This document shows positions 28,074 through 36,246 of a DNA stretch of 64,000 bases, piece after piece (position 1 is the stretch's first letter; the number at the start of each line of letters is the position of its first letter). The translations under genes were made by a program, and so were the position numbers. Origin of the DNA: an uncultured Acidimicrobiia bacterium (GTDB taxonomy: Bacteria > Actinomycetota > Acidimicrobiia > Spongiisociales > UBA11373); assembly GCA_964614095.1 (NCBI GenBank), contig CAZTJO010000002.1:32043-96042 (forward strand), in the 5' to 3' direction. The notes under the pieces were generated by a model, which was not told the DNA's origin, did no database searches, and saw nothing but the letters and a program-made list of their open reading frames with translations.

Positions 28074-29087
28074 ATGACTCGCCGCATTGCCGAAGCCGTG
28101 GAGCGTGGCGACCTCGACGAACTGGTCGGGCTGGTCCATTTGTTTTGTGGTGAGGGCGATTGGGGAGGGATCGTGGAGCTGCGGGGCCGTTGCCGACACG
28201 CCCTGGAGCGAGGCCTGCAGCTGTGGCCCGCCGCCGAGTACGCCGAGTACCGCCTTGCTCTCGAAGCCCCCGCCGATCTTGCCGGCTCCGTTGTCGTCGA
28301 AGGCGCCGGCCGGTTTGCCCTAGGGCCCCTCTGGGAGGTGGCGGCCAGCACACATTCATGGGCAGAGTTGGCGCCACACCTGGCCACCGGCCCGGCCCGA
28401 TCGATGGCGGCTCACGAGCGGGTGGTGAGAGGCGAGGATCTGGAGGACGATACGAGCATCGATCGCAACGTGCTCGAGGTTCCGCTGAGACTGCAGCCGT
28501 GGGAGCCCCGCTACGTGGTCGCCGGCTACCACTCCGACAAAGCCGATTTCCCGGCGCCCGCTCGGCCGCGTCTGCGGCATCTTCGGCTTTCGGCACCAGG
28601 CCGGCCGCTGGACGACGAGGAATCGGTAGCGGCTCTTTTCGATCTGGGCCGGGTGTGGGCCGAGCAGTCGAACGGAGCCATCGACGTCGCCGTCGTCGCG
28701 GGCGACGCCTCGGCGGCGATTGCCGCCCTCGGCCATCGAGAGGTTCTCGCCGCCGATCTCGATGTCGCCGGCGCTCTTGCCTGGATGGGTTGGGCCGGAG
28801 CCAGTGGGGGCGCATACGGGCGGCGCCGGGGCACTCCGGCGGGCCGTTTTGCCGCTTGGTGGGCGGTGGCGTCACTGGCCGATCTCGGGTGGCCGGCGGC
28901 GCCGGAGGTGCTCGGAGAGTCGGCCGGCCGCATGCGCTGGATGCTGTGGGAACCTCACGATCTGGCCGCGGGCTGGGGCCTGCACCTGGCCGCCGAGTGT
29001 GAGGGGACGGCCTTTGCTGTAGCGGCCGTGGATTCACACCGTGAGGAGGATGAGGAGGAGGACGAGGGAGAGGACGAGGGCGGCTAG
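28074..29087 (+). CDS. Hypothetical protein (337 aa) with an acidic C-terminal tail (EEDEEEDEGEDEGG)
   Basis: Long ORF with balanced composition. The ATG at 28074 is the first ATG in this frame; upstream in-frame GTG starts were not examined. No recognisable motif. Confidence 0.45.
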   Translation: MTRRIAEAVERGDLDELVGLVHLFCGEGDWGGIVELRGRCRHALERGLQLWPAAEYAEYRLALEAPADLAGSVVVEGAGRFALGPLWEVAASTHSWAELAPHLATGPARSMAAHERVVRGEDLEDDTSIDRNVLEVPLRLQPWEPRYVVAGYHSDKADFPAPARPRLRHLRLSAPGRPLDDEESVAALFDLGRVWAEQSNGAIDVAVVAGDASAAIAALGHREVLAADLDVAGALAWMGWAGASGGAYGRRRGTPAGRFAAWWAVASLADLGWPAAPEVLGESAGRMRWMLWEPHDLAAGWGLHLAAECEGTAFAVAAVDSHREEDEEEDEGEDEGG

Positions 29088-29962
29088 GCCGTCGGTTCGT
29101 ATCCGAATCGTCTCATGGGCCGGCTGCAGATTTGCTCCACTGCGGCGACGTGCTCGGCGGCGAGTTCCTCCTGCCAACGGCCTATTGATTGGCTGGACAG
29201 CTCCGTGCCGACGAGGCGGGCGTTGTTATGGCGAGTGTGCAGGATGCTCGCCTTGGAGTCCCAGTACCGGCGCACCTCGTCGCCGTAGTCGAGGTCGAGC
29301 ATTCCGAAGATGCGCTCGTACTGCGGCTCGGGATCGTTGACCAGATCCTCATAACGCACCGCAGCCGTGCGCCTGGGGTGCAGCAGGCTGAATCGCCAGA
29401 ACCGATTCACGTAGTCCCTCCAGTGTTCCGCAATCTGCGGAACCGAGCGCTCGAAGCCTCGAGCGAGCTGCGAGGTGACGATATCGCGCGGGTCACGGGC
29501 GATGAGGACAAAGGCGCTGCCGGGGAAGTTGCGACGGAACACGCCAAAACGTGAGGTCAGCACCTTGCATCCGCTGAGGGCGGCACTCTCCTTTTCCCGC
29601 TTGCACTCGACCACGGCCATGGCGAGCCGGGCCTGGTCGCGCATGGTGCGAACCTCGGTGGTGCCCTCGGCGATGAAGCGGCGGAGGATGCGCAGGAGAT
29701 CATGTCCATTGAGCCGAGCCCAGCGTGAGTGAATCAGGTACGTTCCCACGTCGTAGGTGGCCTTGTGGCGGCGGAGGGCCCGCTCGGGACGCTCTTTTTC
29801 CCGCTGCTGCACCGCCTTCTGCAGCGCTTCGAGAGCGCCGGGCAGATCGGAGAGGGGCTGCATCAGCTCGTAGCCCATCGAGATCTGCGGGTGCGCGTCG
29901 AGGATGGTGGTGAGCAGAGTCGTCCCCGAGCGCGAATACCCGCAGACAAAGACGTGTTTCAT
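29084..29962 (-). CDS. Sulfotransferase-family protein (PAPS-dependent)
   Basis: 5'-PSB motif KHVFVCGYSRSGTTLL and 3'-PB-like FVLIARDPRDIVTS. Start at ATG 29962. Confidence 0.75.
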   Translation of the reverse strand: MKHVFVCGYSRSGTTLLTTILDAHPQISMGYELMQPLSDLPGALEALQKAVQQREKERPERALRRHKATYDVGTYLIHSRWARLNGHDLLRILRRFIAEGTTEVRTMRDQARLAMAVVECKREKESAALSGCKVLTSRFGVFRRNFPGSAFVLIARDPRDIVTSQLARGFERSVPQIAEHWRDYVNRFWRFSLLHPRRTAAVRYEDLVNDPEPQYERIFGMLDLDYGDEVRRYWDSKASILHTRHNNARLVGTELSSQSIGRWQEELAAEHVAAVEQICSRPMRRFGYEPTA

Positions 29963-30010
29963 ACCACTAATGATGGCAGGCGCGCCGGCGAAGCCGCGCG
30001 GTAGGGTGGC

Positions 30011-30970
30011 ATGGTGGCCGTTCCCGTCACCCTGGCTGATGTTGAGGAGGCCCTCGATCTGATATCGGGCCGCCTGCACCGCACACCGCTCGTCTCCAGT
30101 CGGACTCTGAGCGAGTTTCTGGGGACCCGGGTGTCACTGAAGCTGGAGCTTTTTCAGAAGACCGGATCGTTCAAGCCGCGGGGGGCCTTCAATGAGCTGA
30201 TCCATCTGTCCAAGCAGCAGCGGAAACGGGGTGTGGTCGGTGTCAGCGGCGGCAACTTTGCCCGGGGTCTGGCATTCGCCGGCGGGGAGCTTGGTGTGCC
30301 CACGAAGATACTCATGCCCAAAGGCACACCGGACCACTCCATTGAGGCCACCCGGGCCTACGGTGCCGAGGTCGAGATAGTGCCCACCATCGCCGAGGCC
30401 TTCAGGCGTGCCGAGACCGGCGCCGAGTCGGGCCTCTCCCTTATGCACCCCTTCGACGACCCGCACATGATGGCGGGCAACGGCACTCTCGGCCTTGAGG
30501 TAGCTGCAGACGCCCCCGATGCCACCGATGTGTTTGTGAGCATCGGCGGAGGCGGGCTCATGGCCGGCGTGGGCGTTGCCCTGAAGGGACGCTCCCCGGA
30601 CGTCCGCATCTGGGGCGTGGAGACCGAGGGTGCCGACGCCATGCGGCGTGCTCTGGATGCCGGCAAGATCGTGGAGATGCAGCCCACCTCGATTGCCAAG
30701 ACCTTGGCCGCACCCTGGGTGTGTGAAGGGACTCTGAGCGCGGCGCAGGAGCTGCTCGAGGACGTTGTTGTTGTGCCCGACTCCGCCGCCTTCGCCGCGC
30801 TGGTGTTCCTCCTCGAGCGGGCCAAGGTGCTCACGGAGCCCGCAGCGTCCTGCACGCTGGCGGCGGCGGAGGCGCTGCGGGGGCGTCTCGGCGAGCACGT
30901 TGTTCTCATCCTCTGCGGGGGAAACGTGTCGGTCGGCGAGATAGAGGCCTGGAAGAAGAGTTTTGGGTAG
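30011..30970 (+). CDS. PLP-dependent serine/threonine dehydratase-family enzyme (threonine ammonia-lyase-like, fold type II)
   Basis: Lys motif SFKPRGAF and glycine-rich PLP-phosphate loop GVSGGNFARGLAFAG. ~319 aa, catabolic type without an ACT domain. Confidence 0.8.
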   Translation: MVAVPVTLADVEEALDLISGRLHRTPLVSSRTLSEFLGTRVSLKLELFQKTGSFKPRGAFNELIHLSKQQRKRGVVGVSGGNFARGLAFAGGELGVPTKILMPKGTPDHSIEATRAYGAEVEIVPTIAEAFRRAETGAESGLSLMHPFDDPHMMAGNGTLGLEVAADAPDATDVFVSIGGGGLMAGVGVALKGRSPDVRIWGVETEGADAMRRALDAGKIVEMQPTSIAKTLAAPWVCEGTLSAAQELLEDVVVVPDSAAFAALVFLLERAKVLTEPAASCTLAAAEALRGRLGEHVVLILCGGNVSVGEIEAWKKSFG

Positions 30971-31000
30971 GGCGTTCCTCAGTCGGAACCGGCTGGACTG

Positions 31001-31195
31001 CTAGTCCAGCACGGCCACTATGGCTGGGATCGTGGTTGTCGGAGGTGCCGGTGTTTGCCTGCGGGAGGTGCAGGTCGACATCAGCATGAGCAGAAGCAGG
31101 GACCCGGCGGCCAAGACGGCAATGGTCCCGAGCACTCCGCGCCGGCGCAGCAGGGGGGTGGGGTAGTACTCCTTTTCATCGGGATCGGGCCCCAT
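31001..31195 (-). CDS. Possible small single-TM membrane protein (64 aa), divergent from tetR
   Basis: ORF MGPDPDEKEYYPTPLLRRRGVLGTIAVLAAGSLLLLMLM... with one hydrophobic helix. No homolog recognised. Confidence 0.2.
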   Translation of the reverse strand: MGPDPDEKEYYPTPLLRRRGVLGTIAVLAAGSLLLLMLMSTCTSRRQTPAPPTTTIPAIVAVLD

Positions 31196-31309
31196 AGCGG
31201 CGAGGTTAGGGGTCCCAAGATTCCATAGTCGGGTTTGAGTGTGGAGGTTGTGCCGTTCGGCTCCTCGCGGCACGATTTCCTGCAGGATGCTGAACAGCCG
31301 TATAGACTA

Positions 31310-31325
31310 TTGAACATGAGTTCAA
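31310..31325 (+). promoter_or_regulatory. 16-bp perfect palindrome TTGAACATGAGTTCAA overlapping the tetR start codon (operator; core GAAC-N4-GTTC)
   Basis: Perfect inverted repeat centred on the ATG at 31316. A second TGAACA half-site lies 20 bp upstream (31291-31296). Confidence 0.55.
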
Positions 31326-32023
31326 CTCCTTCCGGTTCCGGTCGTGGTGTGTCGGTGGACGACCGGACGGCCAGAGCCCGCATTCGGGATGCCGCAGTCG
31401 GTTGTTTTGCCGAGCACGGCATCGCCGGGACGACGGCCCGTAAGGTTGCCGCTGCTGCCGGTGTCTCACCGGGCCTGGTGATGCATCACTTTGGCTCGAT
31501 GGAGGGCCTGCGCCGGGCCTGTGACGAGTACGTGACCGACACCATCCGCCGGGAGAAGCAGAGAGCGCTGGCGACCGGCCCCGGGCTTGATGTGCTGGCG
31601 GCGCTACGCGACAGCGACGCGGTCTCGCTGATGGGCTACCTGGCCCGGGTGCTGGCCGATGACTCGCCGGCGGTGGCCCAGTTGGTCGACGACCTGGTGG
31701 CCGACGCGGTCGACTACCTGCGGCAAGGCGAGGAGACGGGAATGCTGCGTCCGGCCCCCGACCGGCGGGGACGTGCGGCCGTGCTCACGCTCTGGTCGCT
31801 GGGGGCGTTGGTGCTGCACCGCCACCTGAAGCGCATCCTGGGGGTCGACCTCGTCAACCCAGAGGCCGCTACGGGTCCCGCCATCGCCTCTTACCTCGGG
31901 CCGAGCTACGAGATCCTTGGCGAGGGTATCTTCACCGAGGCGGTGGCGGCACAATTGAGCGCCGCCGTTGCGGAGATTGAGGGTGACGATCTGAGGGTTG
32001 GGCCCGCAACTCCGAGAACATGA
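31316..32023 (+). CDS. TetR/AcrR-family transcriptional regulator
   Basis: N-terminal HTH (RIRDAAVGCFAEHGIAGTTARKVAAAAGVSPGLVMHHFGSMEGL). Upstream of an ABC-2 exporter. Confidence 0.85.
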   Translation: MSSTPSGSGRGVSVDDRTARARIRDAAVGCFAEHGIAGTTARKVAAAAGVSPGLVMHHFGSMEGLRRACDEYVTDTIRREKQRALATGPGLDVLAALRDSDAVSLMGYLARVLADDSPAVAQLVDDLVADAVDYLRQGEETGMLRPAPDRRGRAAVLTLWSLGALVLHRHLKRILGVDLVNPEAATGPAIASYLGPSYEILGEGIFTEAVAAQLSAAVAEIEGDDLRVGPATPRT

Positions 32024-32946
32024 AGCAAAGGAAACCGATGACAGATCAGATCTCCATCCACACTGAGGGCTTGACTAAACACTACGGAGACGTCCGGGCC
32101 CTGGTGGACCTGGATCTCGATGTCCGCGCCGGTGAGGTGTTCGGATTCCTCGGGCCGAACGGTGCCGGCAAGACGACCACGATCAGGACCATCCTCGATG
32201 AGATCAGGCCCACCTCAGGACGGGCCTCGATCCTGGGGATGGACACCCACCAGGACTCCGTGGAGATCCGCCGGCACATCGGATATGTGCCCGGCGATCT
32301 GGCCATGTACCCCAATCTCACCGGCCGGGACACCCTGACCTACTTCGCCAACCTTCGAGGTGGTGTCGACTGGTTGTACGTCGACGAACTCGTTGATCGT
32401 CTCGATGCCGACTTGACCAAGAAGATTGGTGACCTGTCGTCGGGGAACCGCCAGAAGGTGGGGCTGATCCAGGCCTTCATGAACAAGCCCGAGGTGCTGA
32501 TCATGGATGAGCCCAGTTCCGGGCTGGATCCGCTCATGCAGCGTCAGTTCCAAGCGATGATGCGTGAGGTGGCCTCCGCGGGTCGCACGGTGTTCCTCTC
32601 CAGCCACACCCTGTCCGAGGTGCAGCGGATCGCCGACCGGGTCGGGATCATCCGCCACGGCCTCCTCGTGGCCGTGGAATCTGTCGCCGATCTCCGGTCG
32701 AAGGCGATGCGGCGTGTCGAGTTTGAGTTCGCCTCGCCGGTGGACGCCGCGGTGTTCGAGGCGGTCCCCGGGGTGCGGGATGTCACCGTGCAAGATCACC
32801 GGGCCGTCCTGTCCTACGACGGCAAGATGGATGTTCTCCTGAAGACCGTCGCCAGTCGCTACGACGTGGTGGACATCACGACGCAGGAAGCCGATCTCGA
32901 GGAGATCTTCCTCACCTACTACCGGGATGAGGAGGAGTCGGTCTGA
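32020..32946 (+). CDS. ABC transporter ATP-binding protein (ABC-2/DrrA-type exporter)
   Basis: Walker A GPNGAGKTT, signature LSSGNRQKVGL, Walker B LIMDEPSSGLD. Confidence 0.9.
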   Translation: MKQRKPMTDQISIHTEGLTKHYGDVRALVDLDLDVRAGEVFGFLGPNGAGKTTTIRTILDEIRPTSGRASILGMDTHQDSVEIRRHIGYVPGDLAMYPNLTGRDTLTYFANLRGGVDWLYVDELVDRLDADLTKKIGDLSSGNRQKVGLIQAFMNKPEVLIMDEPSSGLDPLMQRQFQAMMREVASAGRTVFLSSHTLSEVQRIADRVGIIRHGLLVAVESVADLRSKAMRRVEFEFASPVDAAVFEAVPGVRDVTVQDHRAVLSYDGKMDVLLKTVASRYDVVDITTQEADLEEIFLTYYRDEEESV

Positions 32947-34601
32947 TGCTCGCCAACGTCTACACCAAGACGATCCGGGACCGCTGGAAGGGCATGACCA
33001 TTGGTGCCGTCAGCCTGGCGACCATGCTGTTGGTCGGGATGGCCGTCTACCGCGACATCGACATGTCCATTTACACCAGCATGCCCGAGGCATTCCGGGC
33101 GCTGATGAACATCACCGCAGACACCGATGCGAGTGGCCTTGCCTACGGCGCCATCTACAGCTCCTATGGAGCGTTGACGCTGGCCGCGTTGGCCCTCTCT
33201 ATAGGCGCAGTCTCCATTGCCGGAGAGGAGCGGAACGGCACCATCGGTCTGCTGTTGGGCAATCCGCGCAGCCGTACCCATGTGCTTCTCTCGAAAGGGG
33301 CGTCCATGGTGACGCTCACGGGGTTTGGGGCCCTGGTCCTGTGGGGCGCCGGGCGCGCCGTCCCGGCGGTGTTCGACGTCGACGTAAGCGGGATGCACGT
33401 TGGTGCACTGGTCCTGCACATGTTTGTCATCTCGATCTTCTTTGGCTTTCTGGCGATGGCGATCGGCGGCTGGACCGGCAATCGAGGCTTGGCGTCGGGG
33501 TCGACCGCGGGGATACTGGTCTTCTCCTTTTTTGCAGTCGGTCTTCTGCCCTTCATCGAGGGATTGGCAGGCGCCGCCAAGGCGTTTCCCTGGTACTACT
33601 ACGACTCGAGCAAGCCCATCTCGAACGGAGTCCATTGGGGCCACCTTGGGTTGCTCCTAGGTGCCTCGGCGATCCTCGGCGCGGCGGCGGTGTATGGGAT
33701 CAATCGGCGTGATCTGAAAGAGCAGGGGGTTGCCGTCACCCTGCTCGACCGCCTGCGCAAAAACCCACGGACTCAGAAGCTGATGGAGCGGCTTGCCGGC
33801 TCGGCCCGGGTGTCACGGGTCTCGGTCAAGACCACCTCAGACCACCAGCGGCTCGTGATCATCGTCGGGTACATCGTGCTGCTGGTGGGCGTCATGATGG
33901 GGCCCTTCTATCTGCTCATCGACGACGCTCTCAAGAAATTCGCCGACCAGTTCCCTGAAGCTCTTCTCGCCATGATCGGGTACGCCGACATGGGAACCCC
34001 GGAGGGCTGGTACCAGACCGAGAACTTCAGCCTCACGCTCCCGATCGCACTCATCGTCGTCACCACGGTGATGGGGGCGCGGGCCTTGGCCGGCGAGGAA
34101 GCCGGTCGCACGATGGGGCTCCTTCTGGCCAACCCGATCAGCCGCACCTCGGTGGTTGTCGAGAAGGCGCTGGCGATGCTCACAGCCGCGGGAGCGCTTG
34201 GGGTGCTGACCTTCGCCGGCACGGCGCTGGGATCGCTGCTCGGCGGTCTCGACATGAGCATGGTCAACATCACGGCCGCGTCGCTGCTGGTCACACTGCT
34301 GGCTCTGTTGTTTGGGGCGCTCGCTCTGGCTTTCAGCGCGGCCACGGGCCGGGTGAACGTTGCCGCCTCCGCCACGGCCGGGCTGGCCCTGGCGTTTTAT
34401 GTCCTCAACTCGTTCCTGCCCCTGAACGACGGCCTGGCCGGGTATGCCAAGTGGTCACCGTTCTACTACTACCTGACCAGCGACCCGCTCAACAACGGGA
34501 TGCCCTGGGGTCACGCCGGGGTCCTCACCGCTCTTGCGGTGGGGCTGGTTGCTCTGGCGATCCTCCTCTTTCAGCGTCGTGACCTGCGGCAGGTGGGGTG
34601 A
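32946..34601 (+). CDS. ABC-2 family permease, internally duplicated (two 6-TM halves)
   Basis: 551 aa with two homologous hydrophobic halves. Overlaps the ATPase stop (start at 32946). Confidence 0.8.
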   Translation: MLANVYTKTIRDRWKGMTIGAVSLATMLLVGMAVYRDIDMSIYTSMPEAFRALMNITADTDASGLAYGAIYSSYGALTLAALALSIGAVSIAGEERNGTIGLLLGNPRSRTHVLLSKGASMVTLTGFGALVLWGAGRAVPAVFDVDVSGMHVGALVLHMFVISIFFGFLAMAIGGWTGNRGLASGSTAGILVFSFFAVGLLPFIEGLAGAAKAFPWYYYDSSKPISNGVHWGHLGLLLGASAILGAAAVYGINRRDLKEQGVAVTLLDRLRKNPRTQKLMERLAGSARVSRVSVKTTSDHQRLVIIVGYIVLLVGVMMGPFYLLIDDALKKFADQFPEALLAMIGYADMGTPEGWYQTENFSLTLPIALIVVTTVMGARALAGEEAGRTMGLLLANPISRTSVVVEKALAMLTAAGALGVLTFAGTALGSLLGGLDMSMVNITAASLLVTLLALLFGALALAFSAATGRVNVAASATAGLALAFYVLNSFLPLNDGLAGYAKWSPFYYYLTSDPLNNGMPWGHAGVLTALAVGLVALAILLFQRRDLRQVG

Positions 34602-34643
34602 CCGTCGGCAACCTCGAGCGAGGGTGGCGGAGTGGTCTGCGGG

Positions 34644-35456
34644 CTACTGCCCAATCTTGTAGGAGAGGCCTTTGCCTCCAGAGGCGGTGATCGTGAGCCG
34701 GTCTCCGTCGATCTCGGCGGTGAACCCGCCTTCGAGCACGGTGATGACCTGACCGTCCTGCCATTCGATCTCGCCGGGGCACTCGCCTTGGGCGCGGAAC
34801 GAGGTGAACTGCACCGTGTCGCCCGACACGATGTACTCGCCGGAGAGGTCGCGGCAGCCGGTGCCGCCGGTGAAGGTCCCGTCGGCGTTGAGGAGCAGCA
34901 TGGCGGGGTCGGCGCCGGCAGTCGTCGAGGTGGCGGCTTCGCCCTGGATGATGGTGTCGAGCACCCACGTGGGTCCGATCAGCTCGGCGGTGGGCACGGG
35001 CGGGAGCAACTCGAACGTGTACTCGACACCGTCGCCGCTGAGCAAGGCGGTGTCACCGGACCGAATCGCGGTGGAGACCCCGAGCAGGCCCTGTAGGAAA
35101 GCCGACTCGATCTCCATGACGGCCGGCTCACAGGCCATCTCGGTGTGGGAGATCTCTCCGACGGAAAAGGAGTCGTTGGTGATCGAGACGGAACCGCCGT
35201 AGCCGTTGCACGCGGCCCGTCCACCGATCTCGGAGCCGTCGATCGTCATCGTGACCCGATACTCGTCGTTCAGCGACAGAGACACCCCGTCGACGATGGC
35301 GGCAACCAGCACCCAGGTACCGTCGAGGGGCGGGCCGCCGGTGGGTTGCTCGCCGGCAGAAGTTCCAGACGGATACAGCTCATCGTCTCCACAGGCGGTG
35401 AGTGCCAGCACGACGACCACGAGGAGCAGCACGAAGTGACGCCTTGCAGGTCTCAC
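34644..35456 (-). CDS. Lipoprotein with two META (HslJ-like/DUF306) domains
   Basis: Signal and lipobox (LLLVVVVLALTAC|GDD). Two repeats carry the CNGYGG / GGTGCRDLSGEY META-domain pattern. GTG start at 35456. Confidence 0.65.
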   Translation of the reverse strand: MRPARRHFVLLLVVVVLALTACGDDELYPSGTSAGEQPTGGPPLDGTWVLVAAIVDGVSLSLNDEYRVTMTIDGSEIGGRAACNGYGGSVSITNDSFSVGEISHTEMACEPAVMEIESAFLQGLLGVSTAIRSGDTALLSGDGVEYTFELLPPVPTAELIGPTWVLDTIIQGEAATSTTAGADPAMLLLNADGTFTGGTGCRDLSGEYIVSGDTVQFTSFRAQGECPGEIEWQDGQVITVLEGGFTAEIDGDRLTITASGGKGLSYKIGQ

Positions 35457-35556
35457 GCCGATCAGACGTCCGATTCCACTCACACGGTTCCCGGGGCTGC
35501 GGTTCTTGTCCTCGTTCGGGAGTCTCAGATACTGCGGGATTTTCGGGTCGTCGGCA

Positions 35557-36054
35557 TCAAGCACGGTGGCGCACCAAGCGCCACAATCCGGCGACGAAGT
35601 TCCAGCCCGGCACACGCTCCATGTACTCGAGGTATTCGTCGCCGAATTTGACGATGGCGAGAGCGTCCACACTACGGAAGTCCACACACGCCAGCACGAA
35701 CGCCACCGCGCCCATGATGATGACCACCGGGTGCTGTGACACGAGCGCGACTGCGACGGCCATCAGCGGCCAGGCCACATACTGCGGATGGCGCACGATC
35801 GCATAGAGTCCGGTATCGACGAGCCGGGTCGTTTTGACGTAGCTGTCACCCTTGGCGACGCCGCCGCCTCTTCTGAACTGGTAGATGGGCACCCATCCGA
35901 AGACGGCCGCAAGCGCCCATAGAGCGAAGCCGATGTAGCGGAGCCAGGCGATGTCACCTCCGCCGAACACGATCAGCAGGACGATCTGGCCCATCACGAG
36001 TCCGGTAGCGATCCACGACGCGATCCACTTGGGCCGTTTGGCCACAACGATCAC
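35557..36054 (-). CDS. ICMT/PEMT-family membrane methyltransferase
   Basis: RLVDTGLYAIVRHPQYVAW...FGDEYLEYMERVPGWNF is the isoprenylcysteine carboxyl methyltransferase-family C-terminal signature. 4-5 TM helices. The N-terminal part of the 456-aa track ORF is antisense to dnaE2 and was rejected. Confidence 0.65.
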   Translation of the reverse strand: MIVVAKRPKWIASWIATGLVMGQIVLLIVFGGGDIAWLRYIGFALWALAAVFGWVPIYQFRRGGGVAKGDSYVKTTRLVDTGLYAIVRHPQYVAWPLMAVAVALVSQHPVVIIMGAVAFVLACVDFRSVDALAIVKFGDEYLEYMERVPGWNFVAGLWRLVRHRA

Positions 36055-36213
36055 CCCCGTTGCCAACCTACCAGTTGGCGGGCGCTCTCTCCGGTCTCGG
36101 CGTGCCGTACCAGTCGGCGCCCGATCCGGCACGCTCGCCGGGGACTTCGAATCACGGCTGAGGCCCGGCTCGGTGACACTTACTTCGGCTCGAGACGGCT
36201 GACCCCAGTGTGA

Positions 36214-36229
36214 TCGAACATATGTTCGA
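36214..36229 (+). promoter_or_regulatory. LexA (SOS) box TCGAACATATGTTCGA upstream of dnaE2
   Basis: Perfect 16-bp palindrome of the actinobacterial LexA operator, 18 bp upstream of the dnaE2 ATG. It differs from the imuA' box by 2 nt in the spacer. Confidence 0.8.
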
Positions 36230-36246
36230 CTACACTGGAGGGTTCC

